NCBI GenBank assembly: GCA_000004695.1
Contig: CM000151.3
Location: forward strand, 7,168,001-7,232,000
Direction of reading: 5' to 3'
Length of the DNA: 64,000 nucleotides
DNA from: Dictyostelium discoideum
Lineage: Eukaryota
Numbering within the stretch: the first letter of the stretch is position 1; each line of letters opens with the position of its first letter. This document shows, in pieces, positions 1 through 11,135 of this stretch. The notes under the pieces were generated by a model. The model ran no database searches. It saw nothing but the letters and a program-made list of their open reading frames with translations, and was not told the origin of the DNA. The translations under genes were made by a program, and so were the position numbers.

Positions 1-138
1 TGATACAAACATTAAATCTAGATTTACAAAACCACATGCGAGAGTATGTATAAATAAATTATTATTTTTATAATTATTTAAAATTAAATTAAATAAAGAT
101 TTTAACATTTTAATTAATATATATAGTTTGATGTTCTT

Positions 139-3100
139 GTGTTATTTGGAAAACTTTTATTATCAATTTTAAATTCATTAGTTGATAGTTATGCATGGGT
201 AACATCGATTGCATATTTCATTATAATTATTGTTTTAGCCGGAGGTTCAATTATTTTACTACCATATAATAATCAAAGATTAAATCAATTAAAAAGTGGG
301 TTTTATATGACAGTATTTTGGATATCATTTATGACATTGGTTACAGTTGGAGTAAATGATGAAACATCAGGAGTAACATGTTATTTTACAGTGGTCGGTG
401 TTTTTGCTGCATTTCCAGTCGGTTACTTTTTAAATAGATTTTATTATAAATGGTTATGTAGAAAAACTAAAGGTATTAAAATACCAACTTCAGAATCTGC
501 TGATTTTGTAAATGAAAAGAAAAAAGATGAAATTGAAACTCAACAACAACAATCACCAACAAATAAAGTAAGATGGGGCAAACAATTACCATCAATTGGT
601 AGTAAAAGACAAATTGTTTTTCCATTTTTTAAAAATAAATTTGTATTTTCATTCTTTGTTGAAATCATGGCAAGAAAATTATTAAGAGATGGTGGTAGTA
701 GTGGCTCCAGTGATAAAGAAGATAGTATTTCAAATTATTCAGCCGAGTCAATTGAACGTGCAAATAATCTATATCAATGTGGTCTTCAATACTTTCCAAA
801 TTCAGATTTATTATGGATGGCATATTGTAATTTCTTATTCACAGTTAGAAAAGATAGACATATTGGTTATGCAGCATTGGAGAAATTAAGAAGAATGAAT
901 CCATCATTTGATGTTCGTTTCTTTATTTACCAACGTGATAAAGAAAGAGAACAATTAATGGATTCTGATTTACGTGGTCCAGATTCAAATTATGGTAAAA
1001 TTCAAGATTTCGTCAGTTACATGGAATTTAAAAAGCTTTATAATAATGCAAAAAGATATCATGTTAAATGTTTAACTTATATTAAAAGATTTTGGGCACA
1101 TTTATTACATGAAACGGTTGATCTTCATCGTTTATCAGATTTATCAGGTAGAATTGCTAATTATGAAAATATTGCAAATCAAAGTTATGAACGTTTATTA
1201 GCATTAAATCCAAATTCAGTTAGAGTATTACGTGATTATTCACAATTCCTTGAAGAAGTTGTTAAAGATAAAGATTCATCATTAAAATTACAAAAGAAAG
1301 CTGAATCAGTTGAAGAGATTATGAGTAAAAGTCAAACTACAGATTTTGAAACTAATGATATTAAAAACTTGGAAGATTCAGAAACTGAAGTCGATATTGA
1401 AATGAAAAAAATAGGTGGTAGTGGTGGTGGTGTTCGTAATAGTAGTATTCGTGATAGTAATGGTATTCGTTGTAGTGGTAGTGTTCACCATGAAAAAACA
1501 AAATCAGAATCATCAAAATCCAAATCTAGTGATTCAGATGATGATAATTCATCCAGTAGTTCTTCATCAAAGGGTAGAAGAAATAAGTATAGACAGTACC
1601 AACAAAGTAATGCTATCAATAAGTTATCATGGTTAATGATTGTTACAACAGCATGTTGTATTGTATATTTAATTGTAATATTATTTGTATTTAGGGATAT
1701 GGAAACTAGACATATAAGCTCATATTCTAGTATTTTATCAATTTTAGGAGCAGCAAAAGAATCAGCAGATTTAGGTATTAATTTCAATGAAATGCAATCA
1801 ATTGCATTATCAACAGAATTAACAAATTCAGAAATTGAAGATCAAATCAATTCATTAAAAGTAAAGAATAAAAGAAAGATAACTATAATGAAAAACATTC
1901 ATAATGCAGTTTATTGGGGTGAGAAAAATCCAATTTCATTCACTGGTGACAATATGCAAAGTTTAAAAAAGAATCATAGTATTAGTGTTTATGATATTGG
2001 TTCATTAGTTTTCCCATTTGACCAATACAATCGTTCAAGTGATATTATAAATGATGCACGTTTAGAATCAATTTATAATGAACCTTCTGTAGATATGTCA
2101 ATTTATATTCAAAGTACCACAGATACAAGTAGCAACAACACCGATAACTTTGTAGTATTAAAACAAAGTTATAATGCATGGAAAGCTGGTAATTCATTTA
2201 TTGAATCAGCAATAATTGTAAATGATTTTTCAATTGAACAATTTAAAAATTCATCCACCGATTCAGATTTTAATTTCCTTGTATTAAATTCAGGTTCATC
2301 AATTCCAAATATTTATATTTCCATTCAAACTGCATATATTGAGTCATTGGCATCAAATATTAGAAATTCATTAAATATTATGATTTATGTTTGGTTAGGT
2401 ATTTTCGGTTTCCTTGTGTTAATTGGGTTGTCCTTATTCCGTCCAGTAGTTCGTAAAATTACACGTGAAAAGATTCGTACATTAATTATATTTTCATTGG
2501 CACCAAAAGATGTTGTTGTTAAATTATCAACAAAGAAGATTAAAATGGTTAGTTTAGATACTGGAAGTGAACGTGAAAATTTATTCGATTCAAATACTGA
2601 TGGTGATAATAATGATCTTTTAGATGCTGAGGATAATAATTGTAATAATAGTAAAAAAGAAACCAAACGTAATACTGGTAGTGAAAATCTTACAATAAGT
2701 GTCCAACAAAGTGATCGTCGTCCATTAATTGATTCTACAGGTTTATTATCATCAACAACAACATTAAACTCTTCAATTAATGAAGGTATTGTAAATAATG
2801 TAAATAATAATAGTAATAATAATAATAATAGTGAAGAATGTTCAGTATCAAATAGAAAACCAACACTTTCAAATAGAGGTTATAAAAATAAAAGACACCA
2901 ATATAATATTGATAGTATATCCGAGGTTGATGATGAAAATAATGAAGCACCACAAATTAAATACCAAGATAAGAGAGAAAAGGAAGAAGAGAAAAAGATT
3001 CAATCTTTAATTAATAATAAAAAGTATGGTTGGGATGGAACAAGTAAAAGAAATTTAAATAAGAAATCATTGAAATCAGTTTTGAATAGATTACATTTAT

Positions 3101-3855
3101 CATATGCAATTGGAATCTTTATTTTATTTGGAATCATTTCAATGGGTTTATGGGTCAGTTATAGTGTAGTTTATGATAATTCTCAATCTGGTAATACATT
3201 GGGTAAAAGTGCTATTAGATCTTTACAAAGTCGTATTATAAATCATTACGTTTCAGAGTTATTTGACACCGATAACCCAGATATCGAATCATCCCAATCA
3301 ATGATAGATACAATTGATCAATTCCAAATTAATCATCAATCAGTACCTTACTTTGATGAAGTTAGACCATTGATGGAGGGTAGTTTATCAAATGGTGATG
3401 TTAGAGGTTGTTGGATGTTAAGTGTTGACCAGTGTTTAACACCCGCCCAACAACCATATTATAATGATGTTAGTTTAGGTTTAGATAGAGTTGTAGATTT
3501 GTACACTAAAAAAGTATTGAAAATTATTTATACCAAAGAGAATGAAAGATCTAAAAAAAGTGATGAATATCAATGGTTACAAACTGTTTCACCAATAATT
3601 ATGACATTTGGTCTTGATACTGCAACTTTCACCTATTTCCTTTATTACCTTTCAGCCCAAGAATGGTCAACTATGGTTTTAACATCAATTCTAGCAGTTA
3701 GTTGTGTTTTACTCATAATAATTTATCTAATTCTATTCCGTCCATTCTTAAAATTCTTACGTGTACAACATATTCATACATTAGCATTATTACGTTTGGC
3801 TCCTGAAGATATTAGATATATGGAAATTAGTGATAAAATAATTGATGAAGATTAA
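139..3855 (+). CDS. Large multi-pass membrane protein (1238 aa) with an N-terminal TM cluster, a TPR/HAT-like helical region, Ser/Asn-rich linkers, and repeated modules of a TM helix followed by an 'LFRP...(K/R)...LAP(K/E)D' motif (~aa 760 and ~aa 1205). Function unknown.
   Basis: Single long ORF from the track. Hydrophobic segments and the internally repeated TM+LAPxD motif are visible in the translation. An in-frame TAG at 133-135 just upstream suggests that M139 is the start, unless an upstream exon lies outside the window (a possible acceptor 'tatatag' occurs at 125-131). Confidence 0.6.
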   Translation: MLFGKLLLSILNSLVDSYAWVTSIAYFIIIIVLAGGSIILLPYNNQRLNQLKSGFYMTVFWISFMTLVTVGVNDETSGVTCYFTVVGVFAAFPVGYFLNRFYYKWLCRKTKGIKIPTSESADFVNEKKKDEIETQQQQSPTNKVRWGKQLPSIGSKRQIVFPFFKNKFVFSFFVEIMARKLLRDGGSSGSSDKEDSISNYSAESIERANNLYQCGLQYFPNSDLLWMAYCNFLFTVRKDRHIGYAALEKLRRMNPSFDVRFFIYQRDKEREQLMDSDLRGPDSNYGKIQDFVSYMEFKKLYNNAKRYHVKCLTYIKRFWAHLLHETVDLHRLSDLSGRIANYENIANQSYERLLALNPNSVRVLRDYSQFLEEVVKDKDSSLKLQKKAESVEEIMSKSQTTDFETNDIKNLEDSETEVDIEMKKIGGSGGGVRNSSIRDSNGIRCSGSVHHEKTKSESSKSKSSDSDDDNSSSSSSSKGRRNKYRQYQQSNAINKLSWLMIVTTACCIVYLIVILFVFRDMETRHISSYSSILSILGAAKESADLGINFNEMQSIALSTELTNSEIEDQINSLKVKNKRKITIMKNIHNAVYWGEKNPISFTGDNMQSLKKNHSISVYDIGSLVFPFDQYNRSSDIINDARLESIYNEPSVDMSIYIQSTTDTSSNNTDNFVVLKQSYNAWKAGNSFIESAIIVNDFSIEQFKNSSTDSDFNFLVLNSGSSIPNIYISIQTAYIESLASNIRNSLNIMIYVWLGIFGFLVLIGLSLFRPVVRKITREKIRTLIIFSLAPKDVVVKLSTKKIKMVSLDTGSERENLFDSNTDGDNNDLLDAEDNNCNNSKKETKRNTGSENLTISVQQSDRRPLIDSTGLLSSTTTLNSSINEGIVNNVNNNSNNNNNSEECSVSNRKPTLSNRGYKNKRHQYNIDSISEVDDENNEAPQIKYQDKREKEEEKKIQSLINNKKYGWDGTSKRNLNKKSLKSVLNRLHLSYAIGIFILFGIISMGLWVSYSVVYDNSQSGNTLGKSAIRSLQSRIINHYVSELFDTDNPDIESSQSMIDTIDQFQINHQSVPYFDEVRPLMEGSLSNGDVRGCWMLSVDQCLTPAQQPYYNDVSLGLDRVVDLYTKKVLKIIYTKENERSKKSDEYQWLQTVSPIIMTFGLDTATFTYFLYYLSAQEWSTMVLTSILAVSCVLLIIIYLILFRPFLKFLRVQHIHTLALLRLAPEDIRYMEISDKIIDED

Positions 3856-3913
3856 TAACCAATATATTATCAATCAAAAATTTTATTAATCTTATTTATT
3901 AAATAATAAAAAA

Positions 3914-3964
<51 letters not shown>

Positions 3965-4694
3965 AACAACTTTAATATTACAAAGATATTTTTCAATTAA
4001 AAATTATCAATAAAAATAAAAGTTATAGGCATTCTAAACATAAATTACCAATAAGCATTTTTTTACTTATATATTAACATAATAAACTTAAACACAGGTG
4101 TCAAACAAAATAAAAAAATAACAAATAAAAAAAAAGTTTGGCATATTGAAGGTTATTAATAAAAATAAAAGATCAATTAAAAATTAAAATAAAATAATAA
4201 CCATCCACTGATTATAATGAGTATCTCAAGGAGAAATGATTTATTTTTTTTTTTTCTTCGACAAATTGAACCCACAGATTTAGGGTAAATAATTTTGAAC
4301 AAATTCATCCAATTCAGAAAAAAAAAAAAAAAAAATGATAAAGAAACAAACAATAAATGGTGGATTCTAAAAAATAAAAATTTATTAATAAACGATTTAT
4401 AGTTATTTGAATAGTATATTATCTTGGTATAATTTTTATTTTATTTGAATTTTTTTTTTTTTTTTTAAACACCTTTTTTCATTTTTAAAAATTTCAAATA
4501 AAAAATGTTTCATATTAAAAATGAAAAAAGAGTGAAAATAAATTTATTTGTTTAATTTATTAACTTATTAATTTTTTTTTTTTAAAAAAAAAAGAAAAAG
4601 AAAAATCTATAAATTTGAAAATATAAATTAATGTTAATTAAAAAGAAACAAAACAAATATAAAAACAATTAAATATCTCAAAAAAGTTTTAAAA

Positions 4695-5337
4695 TGACAA
4701 ACAACAATAATAATTTAAATAAAGAAGGTTGGTAAAATAAAAAAAAAAAATAAAAAGAATAGTAATAAATAAAAAATATAAAATTATTAATAATTCTTTT
4801 TTTTTTTACTTAGTTAATAACTTAGAAAAAGAAGCAGTATCAGCATATGATAACACAAAAGAAGCAACAATCAATGCATATAATGCAACAACAAATGCAA
4901 TGAGTGATGGTATGAAATATGTTAGTGATTCATTATCATCAGCAGCTGAAGTAACAAAAGATGCAACAATCAATATGTATAATGCAACAACTAACGCAGT
5001 GAGTGATGGTTATGAATCTTTAAAATCAAAAACAAATGAATTAATTGACAATACTCAAAATGAAAATAAAAATTTAAAAGATGGTACTTCAAAGAAAATC
5101 GAAGAATTAAAAGATGAATCAAGTGAAGTAAAAGATAATATTAAAGAAAAAGGCGAAGAACTAGTTGAAGATGCTAAAGATGCTGCTCATAATGCTTCAA
5201 ATAAATTAAATAACGCTAAAGATCAAGTTTCTGATAAAATGGATAATGTAAAAGATGATTTATCAAATAAATACGATGAAACAAAAAAAGAAGCCGCTCA
5301 CAAACTTAATCAAGCTTCAAATAAAATTGATCAATAA
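4695..5337 (+). CDS. Small hydrophilic K/E/D/N-rich protein, LEA-like or amphipathic-repeat (paralog 1 of a tandem pair). Two exons: 4695..4728 (MTNNNNNLNKE) and about 4826..5337 (acceptor at 4825 or alternatively 4813).
   Basis: ORF 4900..5337 stays open upstream to a poly-T. A short upstream exon, ATG...GAAG|gt, joins in phase 1, exactly as in the downstream paralog. The donor GTTGGT is weaker than consensus. The protein carries 11-mer-like repeats (ATINMYNATTNA / KD..KEKGEEL). Confidence 0.5.
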
Positions 5338-5596
5338 AAATTTATTTTAAATAAAATCAATAAAAATTAATTTTAAATAAAATAAAAAAATAATAATATA
5401 ATTAAATAATTTGTTTTATTTGTTTGAAATAGAAAATCAAATAAATTTTTATTTTTTTAAAATATGCCTCTAATGAAGAATACTTCCACAGAGGAAATGA
5501 ATAAATGTTTAAATATTTCAAATTTTGATAGAAGATTGATAAAATTCTGCCTCGACTATAATTAATTTTAATTGAAAAAAAAAAAAGTGTTAAGGT

Positions 5597-5636
<40 letters not shown>

Positions 5637-5980
5637 TTTATAATTAAAATAGATATTTTCTTCATTTAAATTTTGTTAATATTCAATAAAACCTTATTTT
5701 GAATTTAATTTAAAAGAAAAATGATTCTATTGAAATTTATTTATTTATTTTTAATTTTTTTTTTTTTTTTAAATTGAAATTATAAAAATAAAAAATTCAA
5801 ATAAAAAAAAAATTCAGATAAAAAAAAAAAAAAAAAAAAAAATTTAATTTGTTTTTTATTTATTTATATATTTATTTGTTTTGGGAAGAAAACTATAAAA
5901 AGAATTTTTTTTTTTTTTTTATCAAATCAAAAATAAATCAAATAAATAGTAATATTACAAAATAATTAATATCATTCAAA

Positions 5981-6667
5981 ATGACAAACAATGACAATAT
6001 AAATAAAGAATGTAAGATTTTGGAAATAATAATATAAAAAAAAAAAAAACCATTAAAAAAAAAAAAAAAATAATTCTAACAATGTTATATAACATTTTTT
6101 TCCATAGCTACAAATTTTAAAAATGATGTAGTTACAGCATATGATAATTCATTAGATGCAATGAGTGATGGTATGAAATATGTTGGTGATTCGTTGTCAT
6201 CAGCAGCCGAAGTAACAAAAGATAAAACAATTGAAATGTATCATAAAACAACTAATGCAATGAGTGATGGTTATGAATCATTAAAATCAAAAGCAAATGA
6301 ATTAATTCACCATTCAAATGATGATGATGAAAGTCAACATGAAGATGGTGCTTCTAAAAAAGTTGAAGAATTAAAAGAGAAATCCAATCAAGTTAAAGAT
6401 GATATTAAAAAGAAGGGTGAAGAATTAAAAGAGAAATCAATAGATGTTAAAAATGAAATAAAGGATAATTTAAAAGAAAAAGGTGAGGAACTAGTTGACG
6501 ATGCTAAAGATGCTGCTCATAAAGCTTCAAATAAGATGAATGGTGTTAAAGATAATTTATCAGAAAAGATGGACGATATTAAATCTGATATGTCTGATAA
6601 ATATAAAGATGTAAAAAAAGAAACTGCTAATAAATTAAATCAAACTGCTAATAAAATTGATCAATAA
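5981..6667 (+). CDS. Small hydrophilic K/E/D-rich LEA-like protein (paralog 2). Two exons: 5981..6011 (MTNNDNINKE, donor GTAAGA at 6012) and 6108..6667 (acceptor ccatAG).
   Basis: ORF 6161..6667 extends upstream to the acceptor at 6106-6107. The upstream mini-exon begins with ATG and has a consensus donor, and the phase-1 join gives MTNNDNINKE-S-TNFKNDVVTAYDNSLDAMSDGMKYVGD... The product is about 60% identical to the 4695..5337 gene, including the MTNN start. Confidence 0.6.
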
Positions 6668-6865
6668 TAATTTTTAAGACTTTTTATTAATATTGATTAA
6701 TTTATTTATCATTTAATTATAAAATTTGATTTTATTTATTAAATTTAATAATATTTTTTATATTTGAAAGTTTATTAAAAAACATTAATGATTCATTTGC
6801 TTGGTAATCTATTTAATCACTAATCCTTTTAGTTTATGAACCACCACCATGACTATTATCTGTCC

Positions 6866-7040
6866 CATGCCAAAATTAATATGGCTGCTGAAATTAATAT
6901 GATAATTTTGGCATGGGACTTATGTCTGCTAGAATTACCATATTAATTTCGGCAACCATATTAATTTTGGCATGCACAGACCAACTATTTTAGGCTAAAA
7001 TTAATATGGCTGCCGAAATTAATATGGTAATTTTGGGCAC
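6866..7040. repeat. Composite repeat of three ~45-bp units, arranged direct - inverted - direct (about 6870-6918, 6938-6975, 6995-7038). Each unit has the form ccaaaattaatatggctgc(t/c)gaaattaatatgg(t)aattttgg. The unit is itself an imperfect palindrome: tcccatgccaaaattaatat ... atgataattttggcatggga.
   Basis: Seen directly. Unit B (ccatattaatttcggcaaccatattaattttgg) is the exact reverse complement of units A/C. This is a locally GC-enriched island inside AT-rich intergenic DNA, capable of extensive hairpin or cruciform folding. Confidence 0.7.
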
Positions 7041-7555
7041 AGAAAAATAAAAAAAAAACTCAAAGTCATTTAATTAATAATAATAATCATCTCAAATATA
7101 AAAGAATTAAAAATAATAATAAAAAAAAACTCATGGGATTAATTATAGTAACAATACTGACGACAAGAATAATTATAAAATAAAAAAAAAAAAAAAAAAT
7201 CTTTTTTTATCTTTTTATTTTTATTTCTTATTTATTTTCATGTGTTCTAAAAAAGTGGTGGTTTAAAACAATTTATTTAATTTTAAACTGTATGATTGTT
7301 TAAACAATTTCGAAATAAGTTTCTTTAATTTCTGTATTTCTTTTTTTTATTTTATTTTATTTCATTTCATTCTATTTTTTTTTTTTTTTTTTTTTTTTTT
7401 ATTTTTTTATTTTTTATTTTTTTTTTAATTATTTTAATTAATTTAATTATATAATGATTTAATAATAAAAAATTAATATTTAGAAAAGTGACTGATTGAG
7501 ATACCTGCGTTATTTTGCTTGATTAACAAAAAAAAGAATCCAAAATATGGTCCAC

Positions 7556-7825
7556 AGTAAAAACAATAAATTAAATAATCAACTTTCTGCAACAGAAATT
7601 GAAAAAAATAATAATAATAAATTAAAAAAACTTTTGAAAAAATATGAAGAAGATGTAAATTTTACAAATAGATTATAAATTTCATGTGTCCAATAAATTT
7701 GGTATTATGAAATTGTAAAATTTACATCTTCGTCATATTTTTTCAAAAGTTTTTTTAATTTATTATTATTATTTTTTTCAATTTCTGTTGCAGAAAGTTG
7801 ATTATTTAATTTATTGTTTTTACTT
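7556..7825. repeat. Long near-perfect inverted repeat (hairpin). The arms are about 112 bp each (7556-7667 and 7713-7825), separated by a ~45-bp spacer, with a single mismatch (gaagaagatg vs gacgaagatg).
   Basis: The left arm is agtaaaaacaataaattaaataatcaactttctgcaacagaaattgaaaaaaataataataataaattaaaaaaacttttgaaaaaatatgaagaagatgtaaattttacaa. The right arm is its reverse complement, ttgtaaaatttacatcttcgtcatattttttcaaaagtttttttaatttattattattatttttttcaatttctgttgcagaaagttgattatttaatttattgtttttact. Confidence 0.85.
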
Positions 7826-7955
7826 TTTTTTTTTAAATTATTAACCACAACCAATTCTTAATTAATTTTATATTTTTTTTTATTATTTTTTTTTTTTGAT
7901 AAATTAAATTCAAAAAATATTTATAAAAAAAAAAAAAAAAAAAATTAAAAAAAAA

Positions 7956-8266
7956 ATGGTAAAAACATCAATATATGTAGGAGGTTTAAAGTAATTATTT
8001 CTATTTTTATTTTTTTAAAAAAAAAAAGTATAAATAATTTACTCTTTTTTTTTAAAAATTTAAGTTCTCATATTTCTAAAGAAATTTTAAAAACAAAGTT
8101 TTCAGTGTATGGTGAAATACAATCACTTGTTTTTGTAAAAGGTAAGGAAACAGGAATATCAGAAGGTTATGCATATATTGAATATAATAATAAAGAAGAT
8201 GCTGTGAAAGCAATAGATGATTTAAACGACCAACCATTTGAGGGTAATCATTTAGAATTATTTTAG
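7956..8266 (+). CDS. Small single-RRM RNA-binding protein (~78 aa). Two exons: 7956..7990 (MVKTSIYVGGL + AA) and 8065..8266.
   Basis: Not in the ORF track. ATG GTA AAA ACA TCA ATA TAT GTA GGA GGT TTA AA|gtaatt is followed by an 74-bp intron and then ttaag|T TCT CAT ATT..., giving MVKTSIYVGGLNSHISKEILKTKFSVYGEIQSLVFVKGKETGISEGYAYIEYNNKEDAVKAIDDLNDQPFEGNHLELF*. RNP2 (IYVGGL) and RNP1-like (EGYAYIEY) motifs are present in the correct spacing. Without splicing the ORF terminates at TAA (7991-7993). Confidence 0.55.
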
Positions 8267-8767
8267 AAATTATCTAAAAAAAAAGAAATAAAATATGAAA
8301 AATAAAAAAATAAAAATTTTTAAACTTTATCTAATTCATTTTTTATTAAAACAATTCCTTTTCTTTTAAAAAAATATAAAATAAAAAATATTTTTTATTA
8401 TGAAAATAAAAAAGCAGAATTAAATTAAAACATAAAATAATTATTTAAAAAAAAACAAGGAATTTAATTTTTTTTTTTTTTTTTTAATAATTTTAAATTG
8501 GTTTTTATTTGTTAGATTATATAAAATAAAAAATTGAATAAATAACTATAAAATGACTTTCTGGATATAATAAAAAATAATCATTATTAAACCAATTTGT
8601 TTGATTACATCTTTAGATTTGTACTTTTTATTTTAGAAAAAAGAACAACCTATTACAGATAAAATTTTTTTTTTTTTATAATTTTTTTTTTTTTTATTTT
8701 TTTATTTTTTTATTTTTTTTTTAAATAAAAAGGAATCAGTTTATTGAACCGTTATATCCTTTTTTGT

Positions 8768-9255
8768 TTAATTGTGTTTTAAAATTACCCAGAGCGCATG
8801 GATTACTATAGTTGGTGAAAAAAAAAAAAAAAAAAAAAAAAAGAAAAAGAAAAAAGGGCCGAAATTAATAAATTTTCTTAATGAGTAATAATATAAATAA
8901 TAATGAATTACATAACCACCTGGAATCCAACCAAGAATCCATAAAATAATATTGACCCAGAAAACTACTGCGCATCCTCTTTAAAAATTTAAAAAAAAAA
9001 AAATTTAAAAAAAAAAAAAAAAATTATTTCAAATATTAATATTTTTTTAAACATTTAAAAAATTACTTGGAAATTGAAATATTAAAAAATAATTACCTTC
9101 TAATGAAAACAGCTAAAGGTGGGATAATGATACATAAAATGATCATACCTATTTTTTAAATTAAATAAATAATGTTAATATCCTACATTTTAAATTTTTA
9201 TTTTTATTTTTTTTATTTTTTTTTACATACCAACTTGTCTTGAACCTTCTGACAT
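8768..9255 (-). CDS. Pmp3/Rci2/Lti6-family plasma-membrane proteolipid (UPF0057), ~63 aa, in four exons on the minus strand: 9231..9255, 9097..9148, 8917..8978 (or 8920..8978), 8768..8805.
   Basis: Not in the ORF track. The minus-strand translation is MSEGSRQVG|MIILCIIIPPLAVFIR|RGCAVVFWVNIILWILGWIPG|VIHALWVILKHN*, which matches the family consensus (...ILAIILPPLGVF..RGCG..FWINVLLTILGYIPGIIHALYVI..). The donors are GTATGT, GTAATT and GTTATG/GTGGTT, with AG acceptors and consistent phases. The exon 3 donor position is uncertain by 3 nt. Confidence 0.6.
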
Positions 9256-10700
9256 TTTTTTTTTTATATATATGAAATTTAAATATAATTTATATTTAAA
9301 TCTAGGAATAATTATAATTTAAAAAATACTAGTTTGAAATGAAGAAATGCTTTGAGTTTAAATAGTTTTTTTAAAAAATCTTAAAATACAAAAAAGGTAA
9401 AAAAAAAAAAAAATAGTAAAAATAAAATAAAATAAAAATAAAATTAAAAAATGTTTTTATTTTTTTTTAATTTATTTTTATTTTATTTTTGGTAGTAGAA
9501 AGCACACTAATCGTTCATTGAACATCTTTTTTTTTGATAAATTATTAATTGTAAAATTTTAATTATTTTAAATTAAATTTAATTCATTTTAAAAAAAACT
9601 TTTTCAATTTCAATCTACAAATGTGTGGTTATAACAAAGTTTAATGTTCAAATAAATTCACCAAGTATGTTCGAAAAAAAAAAAAAATATTTGAATAATT
9701 TTTTTTTTTAAAATTAAATTAACATAAAAAAAAAAAAAAAAAAAACTAACTTAAATTAGGAAATAATAATGATCCGACGTCATTATATATTTTTCTAAAA
9801 ACTTGAATATTTAGGTGTTTTTATTTATTTTTTTTTTTTTTAATTATTTATTATTTTTTTTTTAATTATTTTTTTTTTTTTATTTATTTATTTTTTTATT
9901 TTATTTTTTTTCTAAAAAAAAAAAGTTGGAACAATGTGAAAAATAATAATAACATTTTGTATTACATACAATAATTTATTTGTAAAACTTTTTTTTTTTT
10001 TTAAATATTTTAAAAAAAGTTTTAATTAATTTCAGAATAAAAAAAAAAAAAAAAAAAAATCTAATTTTAGGATCAAATTTCAAACTATTTTTATACTTGT
10101 GTGAATCTCTCAAGAGTTTTAAAGACCAAACAAAACACAATGGTAACAAAAGAAATTTAGACAAAACTATCTATTTTTTTTTTAATCATCTATAAAATAA
10201 ATAGAAAAAAAAAAAAAAAAAAAGAAAAATATTAGTAATAATAAAAATAATAAAATTTATAATGGTAATAAAAAAAAAAATAAATAAATGTGCTAATAAA
10301 AAATTAAAAATAACCCCACGTGCTAATAACAACTGGGGGTTCTTTTTTTTTCTTTTTTTCCATATCTATCTTCGAAAAAAGTTTCGAAATTGTTTTTTTT
10401 TAATAATTAAAAAACAAACACTGTTTTTTTTTTTTTTTTTTTTTTTAGAAAAAAAAATAAAAATAAAATAATAAAAAAAAATAAAAATTAAAAAAAATTA
10501 AAAAAAAATACACTCTTAACCTTTACAACCTTTATAAAAATAGCCAAATATTTTATTAATTATAATAATAATTTTTAACAATATTTATATAACATCCAAT
10601 TTTTTTTGATATTTTATAATAAAAGTTGATTTATCATGTACAATTAAGGAAATTGAAAATAAAAATAAACAATAATTTGAAATTTAAATTTAAATTTAAA

Positions 10701-10731
<31 letters not shown>

Positions 10732-11135
10732 ATCTATTAATATTCTTTATTTCAACACACTCACACACTTTTTAATTATTTTTTTTTTTATTAAATAAAA
10801 AAAAAAAATAAAAAAGAAAAAAAAAAAAACCAAAAAAAAAAACCCAAAATTACTCTCTTTTTCTTTCTATGTTAACTATATTGCTATAATTATCGTTGTG
10901 AACACAACATTTTCCTTTTATTTATTTATTTTTTTTTTCTGTAAATAATAACAATATAAAATAACTGTACATAATTTAATTTAATAAACTCCTTGTATAA
11001 AATAAAAACAATAATAATAATAATATAATAAAAATAATTAATAAATAATTTTAATAATAATTAACAAACTATAAATAAAAAAATAAATAAATAAGTAAAA
11101 AAATAAAAAAATAAATTAATAATATAATAAATAAA

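Noticed and set aside
5402-5665. Minus-strand ORF of 87 aa rich in K/F/I (also similar ORFs at 9976-10164, 10262-10471, 20673-20870, 31974-32168, 40571-40780, 41257-41586, 43990-44187, 46442-46657, 48358-48610, 50244-50447, 50848-51081, 54683-54913, 62638-63192, 63695-63931).
   Set aside because: They are produced by poly(A)/poly(T) and AT-rich intergenic sequence (K=AAA, F=TTT, I/N/Y). They have no sequence complexity, no splice-consistent structure and no motif.
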